Shown piece by piece: positions 39,984 to 52,545 of a stretch of DNA of 64,000 nucleotides. The position numbers and the translations under genes were made by a program. The notes beneath the pieces were generated by a model. The model was not told the DNA's origin, searched no databases, and saw only the letters and a program-made list of their open reading frames with translations. The stretch is from Balanoglossus misakiensis (taxonomy: Eukaryota > Animalia > Hemichordata), in contig CM082579.2 of the NCBI GenBank assembly GCA_040954595.2, forward strand, positions 7,305,625 through 7,369,624, given 5' to 3'. Position 1 is the first letter of the stretch. Each line of letters begins with the position of its first letter.

Positions 39984-42900
39984 ATGACGACGAATACACG
40001 CCGGGTTGTTCTCATTTTCTACGGTAATTATTGAGACCACTTTCCCACCTTTTCTTGAACCGTGAAAACACATATTGATGATACTAGTATATCGCTGATG
40101 TTGGCTCTGGTGTAGTTCGCGCGGTCGGCATAAAGTTACTGACCTGGTCGAGTAGACATGTTATTATTCGTTCCATAGCGACAACGAATTGCAGTTCAAC
40201 CTATGCTACGTGTCCACGAAACGGGAGTAAAATGTCGTCTCATATTTCTTATTAACGACAGCATAGGCCTAATACGCGTAGACACACCAAGTTAAAAGTT
40301 GGGCTTCAGTTGGACACGGAATTATACATTCGAAAGATTACTTGGCAAGATGATTACCTCGACAACAACGAGGATCGAGGAGACCAGGGATACTTTGTTG
40401 GCTGCATAAATACTAATTATAGACGGTTATCGGTTATCTTCATGATAGATGCACCTCGGCGAGGCGATCTACATCCAGTGCACGCAACTGAAAGGCTGTG
40501 CAGTTGGCGCGGTGATTTCCATCTTAGGTCACAACCTATGAAACTGTACAAAGAAATGGTTGTGGCTATGTACATTCAGTTTTTTGTCCTGTGCATCAAA
40601 TGCAAGTTCTTGTCTTATACTCCAATCAGCATGCTGATATACCCAGCACTCCGCTTGTCAAGACAGTCTGTGTGCAACGACCGTTATCATTGCTGAGAAA
40701 TGAATTCTAGTGCGGGCTTGAACTAAATTGTGCAATGTAACAAATCTAACTAAACATTATAGGTTGTGTTGATAACACTGGGGATAGGCATAAAAACTGC
40801 AGAAGATACATAAGCCAAAATTACAAAGTCAAAAGTTATAGGTAATGCAGCTTTTAACTACTTTAATCCCGGTTCGGGCTGTCGTATAAATTGAAGACTC
40901 TTATCCCCTGTTTTCTAATTCTTCATTTCTGTTTCAGCTCTGCACATTTGTCTGTCGGACGCTTCCACTGTCATCCGGCCTACAGACACAGTGTACGTGC
41001 ACCCCGGGGAATCCGCATCCTTCGTCTGCGAAGTCTCCTGGGGACTGAACTACATGCACTCCATCTTTTGGGGGTGGAGCGACGACGGCGGAGTGTGGAC
41101 ACTGATCGCCGAGTGTTGGGGGGTGGACGGGAAGTGCGACATCGTGGAGGAATTCAAAGACACCTATTACACGGAGAGCGTCTCGTCGCGGAACGATTAC
41201 TTTCAACTGGATGTCCTGTCAGCCACGCTCAAGGAAGACGGACATTATGAATGCTGGCTTTACGCAGTGGACAAACCGACTTCGCCTCACGCCAGGTTGG
41301 TTGTGCTAGGTGAGTGAACTCCATGGCTTTATCGATAGTTTCCCTTTGAGATTACTATTACTATTATGAGATTAGTATTACTGCTGTTGTTAAGCGGGTC
41401 TTAAGTCTCTCTGTACGGTGGTTGGGCTTGGAAATATAAAAATGAAACGAAACGTCGAAACAGCAACATTTATTCAATATAGAACTAGCAAATCACGGGA
41501 TTTGAAGTGCAAATAAATGCATGGAGTCACAAATAGGTTTTATTTGGATACTTAAGACTTGTAGTCATGTTCCCGCGTACTTGAATTCTGTTAATATCCG
41601 CTGCAGCATATTAATTGGCGTAATGTTAAAGGGGACACGTCAAGTATATCGCCCACATCACCAAACACATTTGACCTTTGGTGTTTATCTGATCTAGAGC
41701 TTGAGGTTGGTCGCTAATAAATTATCTCTTTACCACCGGCAAGATCAAATCAATCATCTCGAGATCACGTGCTACGACTACGACGCCGTGGTGACGGTGA
41801 AGGCCGGCGTTCCACACCTGTCCACCTGCGTGGCGATGTGCGGCAACCCGCCGGCGACACTGATGTGGTCGGTGGGCGGCATGGATGTCACGGAGTACAG
41901 TCACGAATCAAGCAGTGAAAATTACGAGGACGGCCAGCAGTACGACACGGGGAGCCAGCTCATGTACCGCTACAATGCCTCCGACGACCAGGTGCACTTG
42001 GAATGCACTGGGTTCCAGCACGAGGATTTGGAAGTCAGAAGTTTCCGCGTTATTCTCAATGTGGAACGTAAGTCCGGGGTGTGCGTGGTAGCTTATACAC
42101 TGTGTGGGCTAATCTCGAATTAGCCATAGATTGCCACAAGTTTAGACTGTTTGTTGTTGTTGTCTTGGTAACATAGATCCAAAAATCCTTTGCATAATTC
42201 ATTACATTACTTAACTATTTCATTATTCAAAGTTTCAAATAAGCATGAAAGGCCCAGGAAATAAAGAACAGACATCTGTGTTCAAAATGAAATTTGTTAT
42301 TTTTTGTGCGTCGAAAATCAAGTCTGAAACTTTCTCTCATATTTTGCTCAAGGTTTTAGGATATAGATTGTCTCCTACAATTGAAAATAATCAGTCCGCA
42401 TTGTGTGAAAAACAGAAAGTGAAAAATAACTCTACTGGGACACAGTATCATTCATGGAATTATGAAACGAAAGAACGAACAAACTGGAAAGTCTGCAGCA
42501 TTCAGGACTTTTCATTGTTATAGAATGAAATGTCTTTGATTATTGCTGAAAATACAGATCGGACGTCAAACTTCAAGGCTTTCTAGTTGTATAGGCCAGT
42601 GAGTATCACATTTAGTTTGATTCGAAAAAACGTCACATTTTGTTTGATTTGAAAATCGTCACAAACAATGTGTTTCTCATTAGACGCACCGATTATTAGT
42701 GAGATAATCGTGATTTCCTGGAGCAGCGATCACATGGTTGAAGTGGAATGTATGGCTACAGCAAATCCCGCCGAAATCACATACGCCTGGACGAGCAGTG
42801 ACGGCCAAACAGGAGAAGGCAAGACATGGATAATGGAAGATGTGGACCAGGATGATCAGGTGACAGTCGCGTGTGTGTCAGCCAATAGCGAAGGAACGGC

Positions 42901-45900
42901 GTCATCGACGGAGACTCTCTACAGGCTGTGTGAGTATAGGTACTCAAGAATGGATTTATACTTCGAAAAAGAAATATGTAGATGCTTACCTTTGCCCGTC
43001 GGCGGCCATCTTGGAACAAGGTGGTTATTAGCAATTTCCCAGAAATCTCTTCACTAGTTACAACTTCTGTCCCTGTATAAGTATGCGATGTTTTAATTTA
43101 AAAAAACTGCTTACCATCTATATACGAGTAAATAAGTTGATGTGATGCGTCTCAACTATCTGTAGATGCTCCCGAGATAGACGAGATCGCTGTGTTGTCA
43201 TGGAGCGCGGACGATGACGTAGAGGTGGAATGCGTTGCCACGGCCAGCCCACCAGATATCGCCTACTCGTGGCGGAGCGACGATGGTCAGACAGGGGGTG
43301 ACTCCAGGACATGGCAGCTGAGAGATACCGACCAGGACAACTTTGTGACCGTCACATGCAATGCCTCCAATACAGAAGGAACGACCTCACACACGCAGAC
43401 GCTGTATGGCAGAGGTGGGAAATAGAATTCATTATGTCTTGTCATACCATATATGTTGAAAAATTAAAAACAAACATAAATGCTGATATATCTCGTCCAT
43501 TTTCGAAGACATGTCAACAGCAGTGAATATGTTTATTGTTACAGTAATCAGCGTATCCAGTAAGCGTGGCATTTCAAAATTACCCAAATGGGGATTGAGT
43601 TATATTCTGGATAACAGAGCGTAACTATTTCAATTAGAAAGAATTCGTCTTGTTGATGAAATTTACTGAGTTCGTTTCCATCATCGATTTTTCAGCTGCC
43701 CCTGTGATCTACGAAATAGCTGAGTTGTCCTGGGGAGACGACCACATGGTGGAGGTCGAGTGCGTTGCTAAGGCGAGGCCTGATGACATTACCTATGCGT
43801 GGAGAAGTACGGGTCAGGCTGGGGGAAATACCCGGATATGGGACGTCGAAGATGTGGACCAAGATGGCGTGGTAACTGTGACCTGCGTGGCATCAAACGT
43901 TGAGGGCGTTAATTCGCTAACAGAGACGTTACATAAACATTGTAAGTGAATGTCGATAGCAATTGTCATATCATTGTGGGCTAAGCCGCTATTTCTTTCA
44001 ACGCGCATGGTGCACAGAGTGGCCTTCCAGAAGAAAAAATATAATAGAAATGTTATTATACATTTTCTCAGGATGGGATTTTGTTTTACGTACGTGTTCT
44101 TGTCCTGTTTATCGCAAGAGTTCCTAACAACTATGACTGGAAACAACGTGTACTGGTTAACTGCCTTTGGGTATGTCTTCATGTGAAATATATGACAGTA
44201 TACAAATATCACAATCTTTCACCAGATGCACCAGTAATTCAGGATATCACCCACAATTCCTGGACTAGTGATCACATGGTTGAAGTGGAATGCACCGCTA
44301 CAGCGTACCCAGCCAACATCACGTACGCCTGGACGAGCAGTGACGGCCAAACAGGAGAAGGCAAGACGTGGATCATGGAGGATGTGGACCAGAATGATCA
44401 GGTGACAGTCACGTGTGTGGCAGCCAATAGCGAAGGGAGTTCATCTCTGACGGAGACGTTACACAACCTGTGTGAGTACATGCGGCCGGTATATTCATGT
44501 ATGCAGATGGTGGTGGTGGTGGTCGTGGTGGTGGTGGTGAAAGCTATTAAAGTCATTTCTCTTCACTAAAACAAGCCTTAAGATTCTTTATGCGGATTTT
44601 GACCAACACGTTGTTTAGAATATCACATATAACTTCAATTAATTTTATATCGATAGACCCTCCAACAATTCACGAAATCGACGTGTTGTCCTGGGGAGAC
44701 GATCACATGGTTGAAGTGGAGTGCGTAGCAACGGCCAACCCTGACAACATCACGTACGCATGGAGGAGTGACTACCAGGTTGGCGGAAATACCCGGATAT
44801 GGATAGTTGAAGACGACGACCAAGACGGGGTGGTAACAGTGACTTGTAAGGCAACCAATCAGGAGGGAGAAGCTGTTGCCATGGAGACACTAAGTAAAGA
44901 GTGTAAGTATAAAAAGGGGTCAATGGCAAGGGATGCTTGGATTTATTCAAGGTATGACGTCATACCCATTGGTGACCTAAACGGATAAAAAAATCACAGT
45001 AATTAACGCTAATTGGAGGTCAGTTTTGTCAAAGACCTGCGTGGCAAGATAATTTTGTTGATCGTTTGAACATCAGTAGTGTCAAGGCAATCGTGGGCAT
45101 CCATAATGATAGCACCCCAGTGTATATATACGGTTGCTTGTAAAATATATTTGCAACGCATTTTTGTATGTGTGGTAATTTCATTGTTGTATATGTCGCT
45201 ACGTGATATAAGCTATAAGTCATCTCAATGTTGCACATTAAAACACATAGAAGTCTCCATACATGTTTGGCGAGTAGTCAACCCCGCATGCGCAATGTCA
45301 TAATATCTTTGAATCATCCGAAACAATGAATTGCGTCGCGTATCGCAAGTCAAAAAAGCAAAAGATTTAATAAAATGGTATAGATTATAGCAATGATCTG
45401 ATTTAAATGTGATTGCGCGAATGAAAGCGTTTGTATTTATTAGTTATTGGGAAATTAAACGTAATAGAAATCCGAATAGCTCAAATTGTAAGTCTACCGT
45501 GGTCTACCTTGTGTTCTGCAAAGTGCCGTGATGTTATAAAAGGCGCCCGCATTTCAGCAAGGACTTGGGTAAAAGCAACGGATATGTGCAGGTAAGCATT
45601 CATACGTCATATGTAGTGTTAAGACAAAACTGTAGTGAAATAGGAAACAAATGCACGTTTAATCGAAAAACGATTATTTCGACAGTAAACGAAGAAAAAA
45701 AGAGAAAGAAAAAACGACAGAAAGAAAGAGGCAACTTTCAAAGGCAAACGTAAAAAAACTTTTAGTTCAAGGCTAACTTGAGTGTGCATCCGCTTAACAA
45801 TCTATAGTATGTAAATGTATAGCATAACTTTATAAGTATTTCACTGTGTGTTATCACTGTTGCGAAGGTTAACTTAGGCGCCCTCCAAATGCCTGACCCC

Positions 45901-47105
45901 CCCCCCCTCCCTGCATAATTTGATGTGTACATGTTGTGTTCTTCAATGTTCTCAATAGAGATGTAATCCAGTGAATACATTATCTTGTATATCTCATAAT
46001 TAAGGATTGCAATGTTTTGTACTTTGCTTCCCACATGCACATGCAGCTCAGTTTCAGAATCTGTAAGCAAAGTTCAAACATAATATTGACAAGTATTGTT
46101 GTAAATTTTAAAGGTGTAACCGACGTTTTCTCTGGTAGATGCGTCTGCCATCGCGTTTGATCAATCTGTGAAGTACCCCACTCAGCTACCAACATTGTCC
46201 TGAGGAATGTGTGTTAAAGAAAATAAAACAACGTACATGGCCATGTTATCCCTCGATAGGTGTTAACTCATTTGACGATATGTCACTTTCATGACCCTTG
46301 AGGGGCCTTACATCATAGGTTATGTTTGGTATGAAAATATTACATCATTCAAAATTACATACAACATCGCCCTTTTATAACAGACAAAATATGGTCGACT
46401 GTTCCGGAGTTTAAACTCAAAGTGGGTACCAAAAATACACCAGATATAAAGGTCACATAGCGGTAATGAAAATTGCCTGAAGATTTCTTTTCTGAAATGT
46501 CTACATTTTGGCTTCTTGTTCTCCTTTCCAGATTTGATGTTGTAACGCCGCTGTCAGCTACTCATTGCCAAACAGTGTCGCTGCATCTCGTACCAGAGCT
46601 GCCAGTCTTCAGGAAAACAACACAGAAGCACTTATGAATCCACCACGGTCAACTGAGAAAAATTCGTGCTTTGTATACTCTGGGCTTCATAATATTATAC
46701 AATGATGAAGATTTGAATACTATTTTATTCTTATATCGCCTTTATGCGTTCAATTCCAATTTTCATTGCATCTTGTGCGTTTGTTGATTTTCTTGTGTTT
46801 TCCAATCTTCAAATCAACTCCTATGCCAAATTTTTGTTTTGTATTATTAATATAAAACACACACGCGGTAAGTTTGAATGGTAAATAAAAGTAGTACTGA
46901 ATCTTTGCACCACTAGAGACCGAAATAATTTACCTACCAGATGCGTGAGGGCCGAAACAGAATATTTCAAAGCTGCAGCTTATTACTAAATTCAAAAACC
47001 ACACCTCTCTATATTCTGCTTCCGACATCCAGGAATCTCACAAACCATATAGTTGGTATATATGTTTCCAGTGCGAACACAGGGAAAGAGGAATCTTGTT
47101 GTTGT

Positions 47106-47201
<96 letters not shown>

Positions 47202-48758
47202 CTGTGATGGCGACAATGATGATGATAATACATTTTAAAAATGTTTAATAATTCCATGCTGTTGTTTGTCAATGTTGTAAATAACTGTAAAAGATCACTA
47301 CAATCGTGACAAAAAACCCGTAGGTCGCCCAACGTCACTCCCGAATCGAGATGTCCCTGATCCTGGCTCATGGGCCACTTTTACCATTGTAGTTATGACT
47401 TTCAGAACATTCCCATACATTCGGTCTCATGATTTTTCAACAGATTCTCCCATCGTCGAGGACATCACTACGCTCTCGTGGATTGACAACTGGGCCAAGG
47501 TCGAGTGTCACGCCACGGCCAACCCCGAAAACATCACGTACTCCTGGGTGAGTGGCGGGAACCAGACCGGAAGTGGCAAGATTTGGTTTGTGGAGGACGT
47601 GGACGGGGTGGGATATGTGTCACTGACCTGCAGGGCGTCAAATCTCATTGGCTCTGATTACCTGATGACAACTCTCTACAATTCTGAAAACGAAATGTGT
47701 AAGTGTAACAGTGTCAGAAGCTATGTATTTTGGCAAACAATAAACAGTGGTGGTCGACCCGGGATCACTAGAAACAAAAGAACGCGCAATGGAATCAGAA
47801 TTAGATTTAATTAATTACCTGTTGCGTTTTAGATCATTCTGTAAACAATGACGCGCGCGATTTCCAGGTTTTACACACAGGTTTAGGGAGTTCGCATGGT
47901 GCGTCTATCCATGGAAACATCTGACATGGAATCAAATCACCCAAAAGAACGTTTTCCTGTTGTTAATGTTTCAGCGAGTGGCGTCAATTCGTCCCAAGTG
48001 CCTGTCAGCGCCCTCAGCATTACGACTTCGTTGGTGTTACTCATCCTCTTGTCAGTCTTCATTTTATTGTGGAGAAGGGCTGTCATAAAAAGGGTAAGTT
48101 GGACGCTCCTTTGATACAAAATTGGCATACCGACTGTGTTGTACACTCTATTCTAATTTATACAAAGCTTGACTTGTATAACAATGTACTTCGCTAGCAG
48201 CCCGTTGCTACGGTAATTATGCAAGACTCGCGCGAGATCTCGCAATTAGCGGAAAATCATCTATTACCAAACACGGCACATCAGTCATGTTATCTTTTGA
48301 CCTTTTTGTGTTTTTCACCCTGTCAACAGCGTGCAGCCACCACAAATCGTCGCCAGAGCATAGTAGACCAAGACATCGATTCTGATCGTAGACTGATGGA
48401 AGGCGATGACGTCAGTGACATGGCGCCCCCTGTACAGGTGAGAAATCGTTTTGTGACGCGATGGATTCTTTTGTGTTTATGTGACGTTTTTGAACGTCAA
48501 CGCGTCTGCATTTTCGAGTAATAATTGCGGTGTTGGCTAGACCTTGAATAGGTGAATTTTGAATACCCTATTTCAGGCCAAATTCCGGAAAACCCATGCA
48601 ACGGGCGAAACGCATACATACTGACAACATAGGAAGTACACCCCCGGGATGTTACCTGCATTACATCTAACTCCATTTCTTTTCTGTTTGTCTGTCTGTC
48701 CGTTCCACAGGTACGAAATCCAACTTATGACGCCGATGAAGTTCACAATCTTTACTAA
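39984..48758 (+). CDS. Ig-superfamily type I membrane protein (~832 aa): signal - V-set - C2-set - 6 short acidic Ig repeats - TM - cytoplasmic NPxY; nectin/CD22-like architecture
   Basis: 12 exons: 39984-40023, 40938-41309, 41744-42067, 42684-42929, 43166-43414, 43696-43941, 44226-44471, 44657-44902, 47444-47698, 47975-48093, 48330-48437, 48711-48758 (TAA); 2499 nt in frame. Signal MTTNTRRVVLIFYALHICLSDA; V-set C..W..EDGHYEC; GNPPATLMW; repeats VEVECxAxAxP..ITYAW..VTVTCxASN.EG; TM ITTSLVLLILLSVFILLW followed by RR; tail VRNPTYDADEVHNLY*. Exon 1 is the least certain. Confidence 0.88.
47107..47201. repeat. (GAT)n microsatellite, intronic
   Basis: About 31 units; source of the poly-D/H/S ORFs. 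Confidence 0.97.
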
Positions 48759-49442
48759 GGAGCCGCAAAAATTCCATAACGAATACTGAATAATGGCATT
48801 ATGTTAAATATGAACATAATAATATCATGCTACCATTCGCTATTCTGATTGGACGAGAGGTCAACCCAGCAATGTTACATTACTCAATAAAGCACAGCTA
48901 AAACTAGTTCCTCAACTAGTACTCAACAGGGAAAATGTGGGGTTAAACCAACGAATAGAGTAAAAAACACTTGAATTTATGGGCGTTTGGTTTTAGAACT
49001 GCTCTATGTGAATATTTGGCACTTTGCCATGCACAATGCCTGTCTTGTCACTGTTGGTCGCCTGCTACATGTTTAATGCTCGTTCCCGGGCGCTCGTATT
49101 TACATTCGTCGACGTGACTTTCGTTCAGTTCGTAACTTCTTTTTCTGACGCTGTTTGACACTGATATGACAGAAAATCAGTTTTTGATATAATCGCAAAA
49201 ACTCCTGTCGTAGTTGGGTATACCGTCTCGATTTGGGTACAATCCGCGCCATAATTATATAGCACTCGCCCAACGGCTTGTACCAAATCGCATGTGGGCC
49301 TATACCTGCCTGCGGCTTGGGTTACTGCTTAGTGTTTGTCAGTTACCAACACCAGTCACGAACTGATTGCTGAAAGCTAAAATAAATTTGAGAAACTCAA
49401 TTGTTTCTATACTAAGCGTTATTCACATTGCTCAAAAAACAC

Positions 49443-49497
49443 ACATTGTACTCCATAATGTACCTGGCTTCGCCTCGTACATTATGTCACACAATGT
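49443..49497. repeat. Long imperfect hairpin, probably the end of an interspersed non-autonomous element
   Basis: ACATTGT..CATAATGTAC..GGC-TTC-GCC..GTACATTATG..ACAATGT, nested complementary arms. Confidence 0.6.
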
Positions 49498-50198
49498 CTG
49501 CTTTCGTCCATTATGGGTCTTCGGGGCGTACACTATTCTCTGAATATACCGAAAAATGAGGTATCTTCTTAAACGGGAAATTGTTTATTACTGAAATGAC
49601 ACGATCGCTACTTTATTCCGTCGTATGCAAATGCAGTAAAAAAGCAACAGAATTTTCAAAAATAAACGTCACCATGCCATTTTAATCCTCAATAGAATTA
49701 CCAGCATTTCTTTTATACTTTTTTATGAAGATCTTTTATAGAACTGCTATTTGTAACTTCGCTTTCGCGAGGTGCCTTGATGCTGGTTTGCGTATGACAA
49801 AGCCCAGATAATGTGAGCTAGATATCTAGATATCTTATAGTCCCTGGCCAAACTAGTTCTTATAGTTGAGACCGGTGTAACCTGTATGAAAGTGAATAGA
49901 TGAAGATGATGGTACTTGGCGATACAGTGATGGAAAAAAATTAAAAGACTTTGAAGAATTTTCTTCATTTTCTCGGTAAAGACTAACACGATGTAAGAAA
50001 TTAAGATGACTAATAATTCCATAACGCGAAAGGACTGTTAATTGTGCACTTTGGAGAGGAAGGTTAAAGGCAACCTCCAGAATGATTGCGAAATATTAAC
50101 ATACAATAGCTTGGATAAGTAATTGGCAAGAAATTGCAAACCTGGTTTTTACAATTGATCAAGTGATCCAAACAAAATCCCACAATATTAGCCTCAAT

Positions 50199-50260
50199 GA
50201 CCCCTCCACGCACCACAGTGGTAAATTTATAAAGTACTGCATATGCGAGCTGCTCCCACA
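50199..50260 (+). promoter_or_regulatory. Conserved upstream block of the secreted-protein genes, contains TATAAA
   Basis: GACCCCTCCACGCACCACAGTGGTAAATTTATAAAG..CTGCATATGCGAGCTGCTCCCACA recurs at ~52318, 55102, 57703, 58213 (diverged) and 62635, about 200-320 bp before the exon-1 ATG where a gene follows (57703 is an orphan). Confidence 0.5.
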
Positions 50261-50434
50261 AATTAATATGGATATCACGACCTCACGTAAAGAGTGTGTA
50301 CAGAAATAATTTGGTTGGCCTGATCATAATAGTTTACGTTTTACATGTATAAAAATATAGTTACCACGCACTTTGTTTCAAGAAAGCGAAGACAAAGCTT
50401 ACAGTGTACAGTCGTTCCCGATACGAACAATATC

Positions 50435-51869
50435 ATGGTAAGTGTATATTTTCAACATGTACGTACAGAAACATGACATTGATGAATATACGGATCAAGT
50501 TGTGCCTAAACAGGTTGTTATGTTTGACTTCACGATAACCGCCCTCTTCAAGATGACACTTTTTGTCGTGTGTGGATTGGATTATTAGTGTAAAGGGCAA
50601 ATGGACTTAAGTTACCATCTTGATTGCGGAACGTTTCTTGCTTGGTTTTCTATCTAGCTTAAAAGCACATGCAATACCAACATTAGTATTAATTCGTATA
50701 ATACACCCTTTCCAACATTTGGGAGACGAATGACAAGTACAGTTGTCTGTTTTCTATCTAGACACTTCCGCGATTGTTAGTCGCAGCAATAGCTGTGTTA
50801 CTCTCGGTGAATGCGAATGGGTTCCTGTTGAAAAGAGACGACAGCGTCAGTGGTGACAACCCTTGCGATAAGTGCAGGATGGACAAAAACGCTTTTGAGG
50901 GAGTGTCTTACTCAGACTGTGATGCATCGCACGAGTGTCCCTCGGATCTGGTGGACAGAGTGAATGCCGCTAAGGACGGGACTGCAGAGGAAATTACTCG
51001 GAGCTCGATTAGGGTCGCTATGAATTTCCCGAGTGGCGTCCACCATTATGTCGTTCTGTTAACTACCGATCACTCTGGAGATTTCGATCTGGTAAGTCAA
51101 GAGCTGTGTAAATCGTTCACTCTTCTAACCCTGATGGTCACGCAGTCTGGACTTCATATACACATACTGTTTTTGTAGGTACACGTTATGGAAGACAGGT
51201 CTGTACCAGAATTGCACCAATGTCCATGTCTCAAAACATATGCATTATACTAAAGGTGACGTTTTTTTGTCTAAATCATGCTCACAAGTCATGCTTAGTA
51301 TAAGATCCAAATTGGTAAAACCGTTTTCGCTAATCTTGCACCTCATGTTTGTTCCATTGAAAATAGGGTTCTGGAGAAGGAAGCGAGTTGATTTCCACCT
51401 GTCTAGATTGCGATGTGATCGAGTATGCCAACGGAATTGGTCAATGGCATTGCGTGGTATGTACATTTGGGACCATGCGTGTCTTCTCTCGTTTTTTTTT
51501 TCTGGACCGTTGGCCGAAACATATCCACGACAGCAACTGAATATCCTAGTACATGTAGGTCGTGGCGACCGCAGTGGGGTTTGCGCTGGTATGAGAGGAC
51601 ATATTCTCGTCAAGGGGGACACCCACGCAGCGCGACGACCGATTCCCTTTAACATAGTCTGTATGTGTATCATATTATGTGCCTGGTAAGTGAACTATTG
51701 TCTTGTTTTGTTTTATTTTCAGGAAGCAGAATGTCACGACGCATTCTCGGGATCCTTTTCCTGGAGGCCTTTCAAACCGGTTACCTCTTCCCTTTCTGAT
51801 GGCTACTGTTTCCAGGAGGTCCCTCGCTTTGGTGAAGTGTCCTTCTGGTGCGATTTCTATCTTGCCTAA
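50435..51869 (+). CDS. Secreted Cys-rich preproprotein, tandem family copy 1 (189 aa, 10 Cys)
   Basis: Exons 50435-50437 (ATG|gt), 50762-51091, 51367-51456, 51723-51869, all phase 0. MTLPRLLVAAIAVLLSVNANG-FLLKR-DDSV..CDKC..CDASHECPSDLV..|GSGEGSELISTCLDCDVIEYANGIGQWHCV|EAECHDAFSGSFSWRPFKP..GYCFQEVPRFGEVSFWCDFYLA*. AATAAA at 51977. Confidence 0.88.
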
Positions 51870-52545
51870 TTTTGACGTAAACACGGATGCTTGAAAATAA
51901 ACATGATTTCTGTCAATCGTCATTAAAGTTGCAAACTGTAACATGTTTCACTTAAATGTTCTCGAAATTAAGGCCCAATAAAAACAAAAGAAGTAGCTAT
52001 CTTTTGGCAAACATATCATTCGTGTGGAATATTTCTTTTTTATTTTCCCATAACGTAATCATACCATCGAGATCGAATTTTTAAAACCGTCATCCGGAAA
52101 AGGTCAGCTCAGTCCTATTATGGAAATGCAGATCTTCAGAGAAGAGTTCACCAGAAAATGTACTGAGATTCACAGGAATGTATACAAAACCACAATAAAA
52201 GCAAATATGTAGTACAAGTAATTTCAAACCTGTTTTTTTTACAATTACGCTTGAATTGTCAAATTGTTCTCCAACATAAATGCTGAGTCAAACAAAAGCC
52301 ATTAATATTAGAAAAATGACCCCTCCACGCACCACTTTGGTAAATTTTTAACGAGCTGCATATGCGAGCTGCTCCCACAGATGTTAAAATATGGTTCTAT
52401 CACGACCTCACATAAAGTCTGTACAAAAATAATTTGGTTGACCTGTTTAGAATTTTACATGACTAATAATAAAGATGCGACACATTTTGTTTCAAGAAAA
52501 CGACGACAAAGCTTACAGTGTGCAGTCGTTCCTGATACGAACAAT

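Noticed and set aside
39455-40696. ORFs 39455-39754 (-) and 40310-40696 (+)
   Set aside because: No recognisable domain or splice-consistent partners; they lie in the intergenic region and Ig intron 1.
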